56,862 nucleotides of DNA from Bdellovibrionales bacterium (GTDB lineage: Bacteria; Bdellovibrionota; Bdellovibrionia; Bdellovibrionales; JAUICD01): NCBI GenBank assembly GCA_965197425.1, contig CBDANC010000006.1:1-56862 (forward strand), written 5' to 3'. The notes beneath the pieces were generated by a model that saw only the letters and a list, made by a program, of their open reading frames with translations, was not told the DNA's origin and made no database searches. Below, piece after piece: positions 1-8,096 of this stretch. The translations under genes and the position numbers were made by a program. Position 1 is the first letter of the stretch. Each line of letters opens with the position of its first letter.

Positions 1-463
1 CATGAGAGCCTCTATATCCTTGATAAGCTCTTCTCAAATCCATATGTGCATCGAGCTGTAAAACAGAGTAGTCACCATACCTACTTTGAGTATTTTTAAA
101 TCCACCAAGAGATATGGAGTGCTCCCCTCCTAACAAGATTACAAAAGACTTCTGACTTTTACACAGTTCGAAAACACAAGTTTCTAGTTTGTCACTTAAT
201 TCATTTAAGTTTTCCTTATCTGTTGCTTTCTTATTTAATTCCCTTATCAATACATCTTCATCTAGATAATTTATACCTAAATGTTCTAGGCTCCCAAAGT
301 CATAGTCATAGAGATCAATTTGAAAGCTTGCTTGTCTTATAGCTTCAGGAGCTTTGCTTGTTCCGGTACCGTATGAAATAGTACCTTCCCAAGGCACAGG
401 AATAATAACAAACTTAGGGTTATTAGAATATTTAAGGTCAAAAATATTATTTAAAGAAGTAAT
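1..463 (-). CDS. speB: Agmatinase/arginase-family ureohydrolase, 3' end outside window; start uncertain (ATT 463 or GTG 397)
   Basis: Manual translation gives KFVIIPVPWEGTISYGTGTSKAPEAIRQAS, GGEHSIS and QLDAHMDLR, the ureohydrolase motifs GGEH and DAHxD. Confidence 0.85.
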   Translation of the reverse strand, partial: MTSLNNIFDLKYSNNPKFVIIPVPWEGTISYGTGTSKAPEAIRQASFQIDLYDYDFGSLEHLGINYLDEDVLIRELNKKATDKENLNELSDKLETCVFELCKSQKSFVILLGGEHSISLGGFKNTQSRYGDYSVLQLDAHMDLRRAYQGYRGSH

Positions 464-1055
464 AACAAAAAACTCCCAAAATAATTAAAGCCCCAATTAT
501 TAAGGTTGCTTTTTCGAAATGTTTTTCTATATAAACCTTTACACTTTGGCCAAAGATAAAAAATAAAAAACCTATCAAAAAGTATCTAAGGCTTCTACCT
601 ACAATTGATCCTAATATGAAAGGAACTAAGGGCACACCCAGGGTACCACCTATAATAGTAAACGCCTTAAATGGTATTGGAGTAAATGCAGCTAAGAGTA
701 CTGCGGTGAATGTATTTTTATGAAATAACTCTTTTACCAATTCAACATTTTCTTTGGAAAATAAAAATGTGTAAACATATCCTTCTATATAGTTCCAAAC
801 AAATGCTCCCAATACATATCCAAGCAATGCCCCTATCACAGAAAAAAGAGTGCAGTAAAATGCATATCTCAAAGCTTTTTTAGGTCTCTCAGCCCCCATA
901 GCAATAAGTAGAACATCTGGTGGTATCAAAAAAACACTGGCCTCTGTTAGAGATACAACACATAGCGCTGGTAGTGCAAACCTATGGCTTGCTAGGCTTA
1001 ATACCCAGTCATATAGTTTTTTGGTCCATTTGCTAAAGAAACTTATGGGATTCAT
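447..1055 (-). CDS. YqaA/DedA (VTT domain) membrane protein
   Basis: EASVFLIPPDVLL and FTPIPFK motifs, hydrophobic helices; ATG 1055 overlaps the upstream stop (ATGA). Confidence 0.85.
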   Translation of the reverse strand: MNPISFFSKWTKKLYDWVLSLASHRFALPALCVVSLTEASVFLIPPDVLLIAMGAERPKKALRYAFYCTLFSVIGALLGYVLGAFVWNYIEGYVYTFLFSKENVELVKELFHKNTFTAVLLAAFTPIPFKAFTIIGGTLGVPLVPFILGSIVGRSLRYFLIGFLFFIFGQSVKVYIEKHFEKATLIIGALIILGVFCYYFFK

Positions 1056-2218
1056 TCTAAAGTAATCCCTTCTAGATCTCTGGTAATATTTTTTTGATGT
1101 GCTTCTATGGTACCACCACCAATTTCTAAAAGTTTGGCATCTCTCCAAAGTCTTTCTACAACATACTCCCCTACATAACCATAGCCACCTAATACTTGAA
1201 TGGCTCTATCTGCAATATTTTTTGATACTGTTGTGGCAAATAGTTTAACTCCATCAGAATCAAGACGATTGTTTTTATTTACATCAAAATTAGTAGAAGC
1301 AGAATAAAGGTAAGTTTTAGCTGCCATATACTGGGCATAGCTATCTGATATATGTTTTTGTATTTGTCCAAAGTGTCTAAGTTCATGATCAAATGATTTT
1401 CTTTCGCTGGCATACTTGTTCATAATGTTGATACATCTTTTAGAAATTCCTATTGCCTGTGCTGCTAGGGTGAGCCTTTCAATTTCTAGATTACGCATCA
1501 TATGAGTTATTGAATCCCCTTCTGTACCTATTAAATTTTCTTTAGGAACCCTGCAGTTTTCAAAAACTAGTTCTGCTGTGTTAGAAGATCTCATACCTAA
1601 TTTATCTTTTATTTTTTGCCCTACATAGTAACCTGGAATTCCTTTTGTCACTACAAATGTACAAATTTTATTCTGGTCATTTATTGCATAAAGTAACACG
1701 CAATCTGCAGCATTTTTGTCTTCATCAATACAACCATTTGTGATCCACATTTTTGTTCCATTGATTATGTAATTATCTCCATTGCTTGTGCACCTTGTTT
1801 TCATGGCCAAAACATCTGTACCCATATCTGGCTCTGACATAGCCATTGCTCCTACCCACTCACCAGAGCAGAGTTTGGGTAAAAACCTCTGCTTTTGTTC
1901 ATGACTTGCATTTACAGCAATATTATTTACACATAACATTGAGTGCGCTAGATAGGCTAAGCATAATCCAGGATCACTTACAGATAATTCTTCATGTGCT
2001 ATTACCGCACTTATAGCATCCATACCTGATCCACCATATTGCTCTGGAGCTGTGATACCTAACAGACCGAGGCTACCCAGCTTTCTAAACAAAGGAAGGT
2101 TAAATTCTTCTTTTCTGTCATACTCCAAGGCCTGTGGTTCTACTTCGTTTTTGTTAAAATCAAATACGGTACTTCTTAAAAGTTTATGTTCTTCTTTTGG
2201 ATTAAATAAAAATTCCAT
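1052..2218 (-). CDS. Acyl-CoA dehydrogenase, isovaleryl-CoA dehydrogenase-like
   Basis: AMAMSEP, NGTKMWITNG, KLGMRSSNTAEL, QVLGGYGY, RDAKLLEIGGGT. Confidence 0.92.
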   Translation of the reverse strand: MEFLFNPKEEHKLLRSTVFDFNKNEVEPQALEYDRKEEFNLPLFRKLGSLGLLGITAPEQYGGSGMDAISAVIAHEELSVSDPGLCLAYLAHSMLCVNNIAVNASHEQKQRFLPKLCSGEWVGAMAMSEPDMGTDVLAMKTRCTSNGDNYIINGTKMWITNGCIDEDKNAADCVLLYAINDQNKICTFVVTKGIPGYYVGQKIKDKLGMRSSNTAELVFENCRVPKENLIGTEGDSITHMMRNLEIERLTLAAQAIGISKRCINIMNKYASERKSFDHELRHFGQIQKHISDSYAQYMAAKTYLYSASTNFDVNKNNRLDSDGVKLFATTVSKNIADRAIQVLGGYGYVGEYVVERLWRDAKLLEIGGGTIEAHQKNITRDLEGITLE

Positions 2219-2365
2219 GGCCGGTAGAATAACACAACCAACAACAGTTATGTCAAAGAGATCGGGTAGTCTGGTAGCCGAGTAACTGATTAAATAAAAA
2301 AATCCCTGATCCTGGATTGCAGATGTCGGATGCAGATAACAGCTCCCTGTCTCTCAGATCCCCGA

Positions 2366-2725
2366 TTATGTATTTTTCCATAGTTTGTATAGAAAAGCTC
2401 CCAGTATATCTGCTTCTTTTATAAGTTCTTTGTGTTCTATTAGGTCCAGTATAGCTTGTGTTTCTCTAAGCAATCCTAAACTTATTGCGTAAAATCTTTT
2501 TCTGTCTTTTGCTGTTGGTTGGTTCAATTGGCTCACGGGATAAACCTTTATATTTTCCAATTGAAATAAACTCCCTGCGGTCGTTTTTGCACTTCCCTCT
2601 GCAATATTTAGCACAATGCTTAAGGTAGCTCTTTGAAATTGATTTTTGAGTGGTCCTCTTAGGCATAACACTTTAGAGTTGTTGTAGAATGTTTTAGCTA
2701 TTTGGTATGTTTTTAATTTTTTCAT
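2366..2725 (-). CDS. Four-helix-bundle protein (23S rRNA IVP-like family) with a 22-aa in-frame repeat insertion
   Basis: QFQRATLSIVLNIAEGS...KDRKRFYAISLG..RETQA family pattern; AGGAGG SD before ATG 2725. Confidence 0.85.
   Translation of the reverse strand: MKKLKTYQIAKTFYNNSKVLCLRGPLKNQFQRATLSIVLNIAEGSAKTTAGSLFQLENIKVYPVSQLNQPTAKDRKRFYAISLGLLRETQAILDLIEHKELIKEADILGAFLYKLWKNT
2519..2584. mobile_element. 66-bp hairpin module Y inserted in frame in the four-helix-bundle gene
   Basis: Near-identical to ~21379-21444, ~46309-46374 and (inverted) ~13071-13136; TTCAATTGG/CCAATTGAA stem. Confidence 0.9.
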
Positions 2726-2769
2726 AAAAAATTTCCTCCTTACAATCATTTGATGGGAGGAAATTTTTT
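2726..2769 (-). promoter_or_regulatory. 14-bp perfect stem that sequesters the SD of the four-helix-bundle gene
   Basis: AAAAAATTTCCTCC (2726-2739) and GGAGGAAATTTTTT (2756-2769) are exact reverse complements. Confidence 0.7.
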
Positions 2770-2789
2770 GGAAAATTAAAAACACAGCA

Positions 2790-2860
2790 GGTGTCGGATC
2801 CTTTACGCCTGATACAGATATCAGTTCCCTGAGTGGCAGATCCCGGATCTGATCAGGCAA
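2790..2860. repeat. Degenerate CAGATC/CGGATC-rich flank; similar tracts at 2302-2365 and 43208-43280
   Basis: 2832-2860 matches 43252-43280 at 25/29 nt. Confidence 0.65.
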
Positions 2861-2927
2861 GTGTAGGGTGACAGATGAAAGTAGCTAAGAGGTGTTAGTG
2901 TTTACTCTGGCTTGGATTGATAGTACT

Positions 2928-3335
2928 ATGTCTTTCATGCAAAAAAGGCCACTTAGAGTTTTGATGGCAAAGCCCGGTTTAGATGGACATGATAGAGGTG
3001 CAAAAGTCGTGGCGCGTGCATTAAGGGACGCTGGATTTGAGGTTATTTATACTGGGTTACACCAGACCCCAGATGATATTGCCAATGCTGCTATGCAAGA
3101 GGATGTGGATGTGGTGGGTATTTCAATTCACTCTGGTTCTCATATGCCTCTAGTTAGTGCTGTACAAGCGGAAATGAAAAAGATTAAATTAAAAAAACCT
3201 ATCTTTGTGGGTGGCATTATCCCTAATGAGGACAAAAAAGAACTCTTGAACACAGGGATTAAGGCAGTTTTTGGGCCTGGTACCAATCTAAAAGATATTA
3301 TAGAAACTGTAAAAAAAGAAGCTAAGGGAGCCTGA
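2928..3335 (+). CDS. Cobalamin-binding domain protein (acyl-CoA mutase small subunit, MCM C-terminal-like)
   Basis: AKPGLDGHDRGAKVVARALRDAGFEVIY (DxHxxG B12 motif). Confidence 0.92.
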   Translation: MSFMQKRPLRVLMAKPGLDGHDRGAKVVARALRDAGFEVIYTGLHQTPDDIANAAMQEDVDVVGISIHSGSHMPLVSAVQAEMKKIKLKKPIFVGGIIPNEDKKELLNTGIKAVFGPGTNLKDIIETVKKEAKGA

Positions 3336-3340
3336 TAGCG

Positions 3341-3967
3341 ATGGAGATTATGGTTAAGTATGGCCTTTTTATGGTCCCGTTTTTATTTGCACTATCATTT
3401 CATGAGTGTGCACATGCTCTGGTGGCTAGAAAAAAGGGGGATAACACTGCATATATGTTGGGTAGACTCACTTTAAACCCCACTGCTCATATTGATATAG
3501 TGGGTACTATAGTAATGCCAACTTTGGCTATTTTGTTAAACTGGCCTTTGCTGGGATGGGCAAAACCCGTACCCGTAAACTCTAGAAACTTGCAGGATGT
3601 AAAAAATGATATGTTTTGGATAGCGCTAGCAGGCCCTTTGTCTAATGTGTTTCTAGCTCTTGTTGGATCTGTGATGATGTATACAATTCTGCCTATGAAT
3701 TTATCCTTTGCGACACCTATTTTTGTGATGCTCAAATATTTTATTATTATAAATCTATTTCTAGCTATATTTAACCTGATCCCTGTCCATCCACTTGATG
3801 GAGGGAAAATACTTGGAAGGTTTTTGCCTTATAGGGTGAATATGTTTTTGGAACAAAATCAATTTGCAACTCAAATGTTACTTTTTCTATTGGTAATTAC
3901 AAAAGGACTTACTATCCTAACTGTCCCTGTTAATTGGGCATCTGGTTTTTTAATCCCAATTGGTTGA
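3341..3967 (+). CDS. Site-2 protease family (M50) metalloprotease
   Basis: HECAH, GRLTLNP, ALAGPLSN, FNLIPVHPLDGG. Confidence 0.92.
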   Translation: MEIMVKYGLFMVPFLFALSFHECAHALVARKKGDNTAYMLGRLTLNPTAHIDIVGTIVMPTLAILLNWPLLGWAKPVPVNSRNLQDVKNDMFWIALAGPLSNVFLALVGSVMMYTILPMNLSFATPIFVMLKYFIIINLFLAIFNLIPVHPLDGGKILGRFLPYRVNMFLEQNQFATQMLLFLLVITKGLTILTVPVNWASGFLIPIG

Positions 3968-3973
3968 GGTTTT

Positions 3974-4966
3974 ATGAAACGAGTTATGAGTGGAATGCGT
4001 AGTACTGGCCGAATGCACATTGGGAATTATTTTGGTGCTTTAAAAAATTGGATAGAATTACAGGACACACACCAATGTTTTTTTGGTGCAATGGACTGGC
4101 ATGCAATGACAGATTCCTATCAAACATCTGATACCATAGATAACAACATAAGAGTGATGTTTGCTGAATGGATAGCAATGGGACTTGACCCAACTAAATC
4201 TGTACTATTTGTTCAAAGCAGAGTGCCGGAGCATCTGGAACTTTTTATGATCCTAGCAAACCTTACTCCTATGGGATGGCTTGAAAGGGTGACTACTTGG
4301 AAAGATTCAATAGAAGAACTTAAAGCTAAAGATGCACATAACCTAGGTAGATTCTCTTACCCTGTTCTTCAGACCGTTGATATTGCCATCTATAAGGGAG
4401 AATTGGTACCTGTTGGCAGAGACCAAGTCCCCCACCTTGAAATTTCAAGGCAAATAATAAGAAGATTTAATAGAATTTATAAAACCAATATTTTAAAAGA
4501 ACCAAAACCCCTTCTGACCACAAGCCCCCTACTTTTAGGAACTGATGGAAACAAAATGTCTAAATCTAAAAACAACTTTTTTCCTCTAATACCAGAAAAA
4601 TCAGAGACTACCAAACTATGTAACCAGATGGTCACAGATCCTCAAAGGGTTTATAGAAAAGACCCAGGAAACCCAGATGTATGCTCTGTTTTTAGCCTTC
4701 ACAAACTATTTTCCCAAAACTCAATAGGTAAGATAAATACAGAGTGCAGAAAAGCACAAATTGGATGTTCAGATTGCAAAAAAATACTGGCCTCTAACAT
4801 AGAGAAGTTTATAGAAAAACCCAGAGAAATAAAAAAGCAAATGTTGCATAGCAGTAAGCTTGATGAAATCATTACAGACGGTTGTAATAAAGCTAGAGAT
4901 GTAGCAAGCCAAACTTTAAAAGAGGTAAAATCTGCTATGTCATTTTCATCTGGAGTAGTTAAATGA
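3974..4966 (+). CDS. trpS: Tryptophan--tRNA ligase
   Basis: HIGN and KMSKS signatures, VPVGRDQVPHLE. Confidence 0.97.
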   Translation: MKRVMSGMRSTGRMHIGNYFGALKNWIELQDTHQCFFGAMDWHAMTDSYQTSDTIDNNIRVMFAEWIAMGLDPTKSVLFVQSRVPEHLELFMILANLTPMGWLERVTTWKDSIEELKAKDAHNLGRFSYPVLQTVDIAIYKGELVPVGRDQVPHLEISRQIIRRFNRIYKTNILKEPKPLLTTSPLLLGTDGNKMSKSKNNFFPLIPEKSETTKLCNQMVTDPQRVYRKDPGNPDVCSVFSLHKLFSQNSIGKINTECRKAQIGCSDCKKILASNIEKFIEKPREIKKQMLHSSKLDEIITDGCNKARDVASQTLKEVKSAMSFSSGVVK

Positions 4967-5739
4967 GACCTTTAGAAACAAAATTAGATGTAAAAATCAA
5001 ATTGGATCAATTTGAAGGTCCTCTTAGTCTTTTGCTCTATCTAATAAAAAAAGAAGAAATGAATATCTATGACATACCCATTCAAAAAATAACCAGTCAG
5101 TATATGGAAGAGTTAAAAACTATAGAGGGCCTAAACCTGGATATAGCTGGTGATTTTGTGGCTATGGCAGCAACTTTAATACAAATAAAATCTAAAATGC
5201 TACTTCCAAACCCTCCTGATGACGAAGAATATGAAGATCCTAGAGCTCAGCTTGTACAACAGTTATTAGATTACAAAAAGTACAAACAAGCAGCGACAGA
5301 ACTTAGAAAGCTAGACATTGTAGGAAGAGATTTTTTTCTAAGAGGCACAAAAGAAGAGTTTTGTAGAAAAGCAGAGATGGATATAGACGAAGGAAGTTTA
5401 TTTAATCTAACTAAGTCGTATAAAAAACTTTTAAACTCAGTTAAAAACAAGGTTCATGTAATAGCAAAGTCAGGTCAGAGCATATATTCTAGAATCATGG
5501 AGTTAAAATCAAAATTTGTATCTGGCATGAGCTTGACTTTTAGCGAACTCCATAAACCTGAAGGTGAATCTAAGTTGATAATAACATTTCTTTCTGTTTT
5601 AGAGTTAAGTAAACTTGGATTTGTATCTTTATTTCAAAGAAACAATAACTCTGATATACACATAAAGACAAAAAAAGTACCAAGTAGTAGTATTATATCT
5701 CATTTAGACAGATATAAGGGGGTTCAAGCTGATGGATAG
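4963..5739 (+). CDS. scpA: Segregation and condensation protein A
   Basis: FEGPLSLLLYLI, MAATLIQIKSKMLLP, TFLSVLEL; adjacent to scpB. Confidence 0.95.
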   Translation: MRPLETKLDVKIKLDQFEGPLSLLLYLIKKEEMNIYDIPIQKITSQYMEELKTIEGLNLDIAGDFVAMAATLIQIKSKMLLPNPPDDEEYEDPRAQLVQQLLDYKKYKQAATELRKLDIVGRDFFLRGTKEEFCRKAEMDIDEGSLFNLTKSYKKLLNSVKNKVHVIAKSGQSIYSRIMELKSKFVSGMSLTFSELHKPEGESKLIITFLSVLELSKLGFVSLFQRNNNSDIHIKTKKVPSSSIISHLDRYKGVQADG

Positions 5740-6409
5740 TGATAAATTGAAAGAGACCAAGGCTCTCTCTGTTATAGAGAGCATTCTATTTTCATCTGAT
5801 AAACCCACTTCTTTCGATGTATTAAAAAAGGCAGTACTCTTAATTGATCCTGAACTAGATACCAAAAATTTAATCGAAAAGTATGATTTAATTTTACAAC
5901 AAGAAGATCGTGGCGTTTTTTTAGGTAATGTATCCGGTAAATACCAACTTAGAACCAAAAAAGGTAACAGCGAGATTCTAAAAAACATAAACAAAACCAA
6001 GCAATTTAAATTGTCAACTCAAGCTATGGAAGTTTTAGCTGTAATAGCTTACGAAGGACCCTGTATAAAAGCCAGAATTGATGAGGTAAGGTCTGTGGAT
6101 TCAGGTCATTTGATAAAGGTACTTATGGATAAAGGCCTGGTTGTGTTTGGTGGAAAGAGCGACCTCCCAGGAAAACCCATGTTATATAAAACCACCAGCA
6201 AATTTTTAGAAATATTCGGGCTAAATAATATAAAAAATCTTCCATCTCTTAGTGAAGTAGAAGAGCTTGTTCCAGATGGAGTAGAACAAGAAAACCTATC
6301 AGACTTAAACTTTAGAATGGATAGCACAGATGACGAGAATATAAAAAAAGATTTAGATCAAATAGGAGATGCTCTATCTAAAATAAAAGTACCTGATATA
6401 GAACAGTAA
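5732..6409 (+). CDS. scpB: Segregation and condensation protein B
   Basis: YQLRT, LSTQAMEVLAVIAY, PGKPMLYKTTSKFLEIFGL. Confidence 0.95.
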   Translation: MDSDKLKETKALSVIESILFSSDKPTSFDVLKKAVLLIDPELDTKNLIEKYDLILQQEDRGVFLGNVSGKYQLRTKKGNSEILKNINKTKQFKLSTQAMEVLAVIAYEGPCIKARIDEVRSVDSGHLIKVLMDKGLVVFGGKSDLPGKPMLYKTTSKFLEIFGLNNIKNLPSLSEVEELVPDGVEQENLSDLNFRMDSTDDENIKKDLDQIGDALSKIKVPDIEQ

Positions 6410-6461
6410 ATATGCGTACAAGCGAACTTGAACAAGTTAGAATGATTCAATTATATTCATC

Positions 6462-6580
6462 AAGGTCTTCCAATGAGGCCAACAAAAGTTGATTGGCGTA
6501 GCGGCGTGCAAAGCACAAAGAGAAGCAAAGAAACTTTTTTGGCCGAGTGGTTGCCCAGCTATGGAACTCACAGCTCATTC
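6462..6580 (+). repeat. Hairpin cassette (AAGGTCTTC...GTTGCCCAGC family), unique core with GTGCAAAGCAC apex
   Basis: Conserved ends shared with copies at 11516, 21214, 21338, 44606 and 46266. Confidence 0.85.
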
Positions 6581-6649
6581 CATCACAAATACTCACACCA
6601 ACTCTACTATAAATTACACCGTATCATAAATGTAAGGATATAGGTGAGG

Positions 6650-6705
6650 GGCAATAGCTTTAACGAGGGGTTCAAGCGAAGCGTCCCCAAGTTAAAGCTG
6701 TTGCC
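6650..6705. repeat. Long inverted repeat with GCGAAGC apex, between convergent genes
   Basis: GGCAATAGCTTTAAC...GTTAAAGCTGTTGCC outer stem, GGGG/CCCC inner stem. Confidence 0.7.
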
Positions 6706-6780
6706 ACGAACCTTCCTAAAATAATAATAAACGGTGAAGCCGATAGGATTCAAAGCCTCCCGCAGGGAAAAACTCACAGC

Positions 6781-7914
6781 TCATTCTATTACAATATTTG
6801 CATCACTACCACCATTCACTAATCTTATCAGCGTAATTTCTTCCATTTCTATCAATTCTTCTAAAAGCAATGGTAGTGCAAACACAGTTTGTACATAAAA
6901 ATCATGTAGTAGTAGTATTGAACCTCTATCTTTTCTCTTTATTGATCTTATGATAGAGTCCTTCATTTCTCTTGGATTCAAAGTGTTCCAATCCCTTGAA
7001 TCAATATTCCAAAAAAATGTACTAAAGCCAGCATCTGAAACTTTTCTTTGTAGTTCAGGCGTAGTTAATCCATATGGAAATCTAAAGATATTTTTAAAAA
7101 ATTCTGGAGTAGCTATCAAAGCCTCTTTTATTAAATTGTGGCCATTTATTATATTTTCAAAAGCTAAATCTGTACTAACTTCTGATAAATGCTGGTGATC
7201 AAGTGAATGAGACCCTACCATGTTCCCCTTCTCAGCAACTACCTGAACTATCTCTTTATGTTTATCTACTCTATTTCCTACCATGAAAAATGAGCCTTTG
7301 GCTCCATAAGCCTCCAAGATACCAACCACAATTTCAGTGTAAATATGATGAGGGCCATCATCAAAAGTTAGAGCAAGATGATTTTTTGGAAATTCATGAC
7401 CATAAAATATCTTTTGTTTGTTATCTATACTCTTAATTGTTTTTATTTTTTTATCTTCATCTATACTATTTGGATTAATTTTAATATTCCCATTCAAATC
7501 TATATCCAGTAGTTGGCCTTCAAACTCCCTTAAGTAAGTCGCTTGATTTGAAATCAAACTTCTCCTGCAGGGTCCTTCCGATAAAACTTCTCTTATAAAA
7601 AAATCATAAAGCACTAATTGTTCGTTACTTTCTTGAAGAAGAGCTTCGCAGATTAGTGTTTCTTTGTTTTCTAGGTTTACTATCTTCCCAAATTGAATCA
7701 ATTTTTCTTTTGCAATAACATGTTCTTTATAGGATTTAGCAGATTTTAAGTCAGCACTAAAGGATTCAACCAGTCTAAGTGCATGATCACCTTCCAATTT
7801 ATCGTTGGTATTCAAAATAGAAGATATATCATTAAACGCATCGTCACTAATATTCAGTTTGGCAGTAAAGCCAAGTAGTGCAAAAACTCCTAAATAAATT
7901 AAAACTCTAGGCAT
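6781..7914 (-). CDS. Exported polysaccharide/peptidoglycan deacetylase (CE4, NodB homology)
   Basis: TFDDGP, HSLDH, RFPYG, DSRDW and LLHD motifs; N-terminal hydrophobic signal. Confidence 0.92.
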   Translation of the reverse strand: MPRVLIYLGVFALLGFTAKLNISDDAFNDISSILNTNDKLEGDHALRLVESFSADLKSAKSYKEHVIAKEKLIQFGKIVNLENKETLICEALLQESNEQLVLYDFFIREVLSEGPCRRSLISNQATYLREFEGQLLDIDLNGNIKINPNSIDEDKKIKTIKSIDNKQKIFYGHEFPKNHLALTFDDGPHHIYTEIVVGILEAYGAKGSFFMVGNRVDKHKEIVQVVAEKGNMVGSHSLDHQHLSEVSTDLAFENIINGHNLIKEALIATPEFFKNIFRFPYGLTTPELQRKVSDAGFSTFFWNIDSRDWNTLNPREMKDSIIRSIKRKDRGSILLLHDFYVQTVFALPLLLEELIEMEEITLIRLVNGGSDANIVIE

Positions 7915-7956
7915 ATCGCGTTCGATATTACTACTGTTATAATAAATTTACAATTA

Positions 7957-8094
7957 AAGGTGAGGTTAATGAGGCCAATAAGGTGAACTTGTTTGCCTTT
8001 TGGCCGAGTGCCTGTTTCCACCAGGGTGAGGCTAACGAGCCAAAAAATAAGGCAGCTTTTGCTGACCTTGTTTTAGCCGAGTTCGGAAGACCTT
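7957..8094. repeat. Composite hairpin cassette with two GAG(G)C...GCCGAG cores, ending TTCGGAAGACCTT
   Basis: Core and terminal motifs shared with the other family members. Confidence 0.75.
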
Positions 8095-8096
8095 GG

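Noticed and set aside
116..125. GGAGTGCTCC as an 18-bp family unit
   Set aside because: It encodes part of the conserved GGEHS motif of agmatinase and lacks the unit's spacing and tail.
2366..2725. Diversity-generating retroelement (Avd-like gene)
   Set aside because: No reverse transcriptase and no template/variable repeat pair with adenine-specific differences seen.
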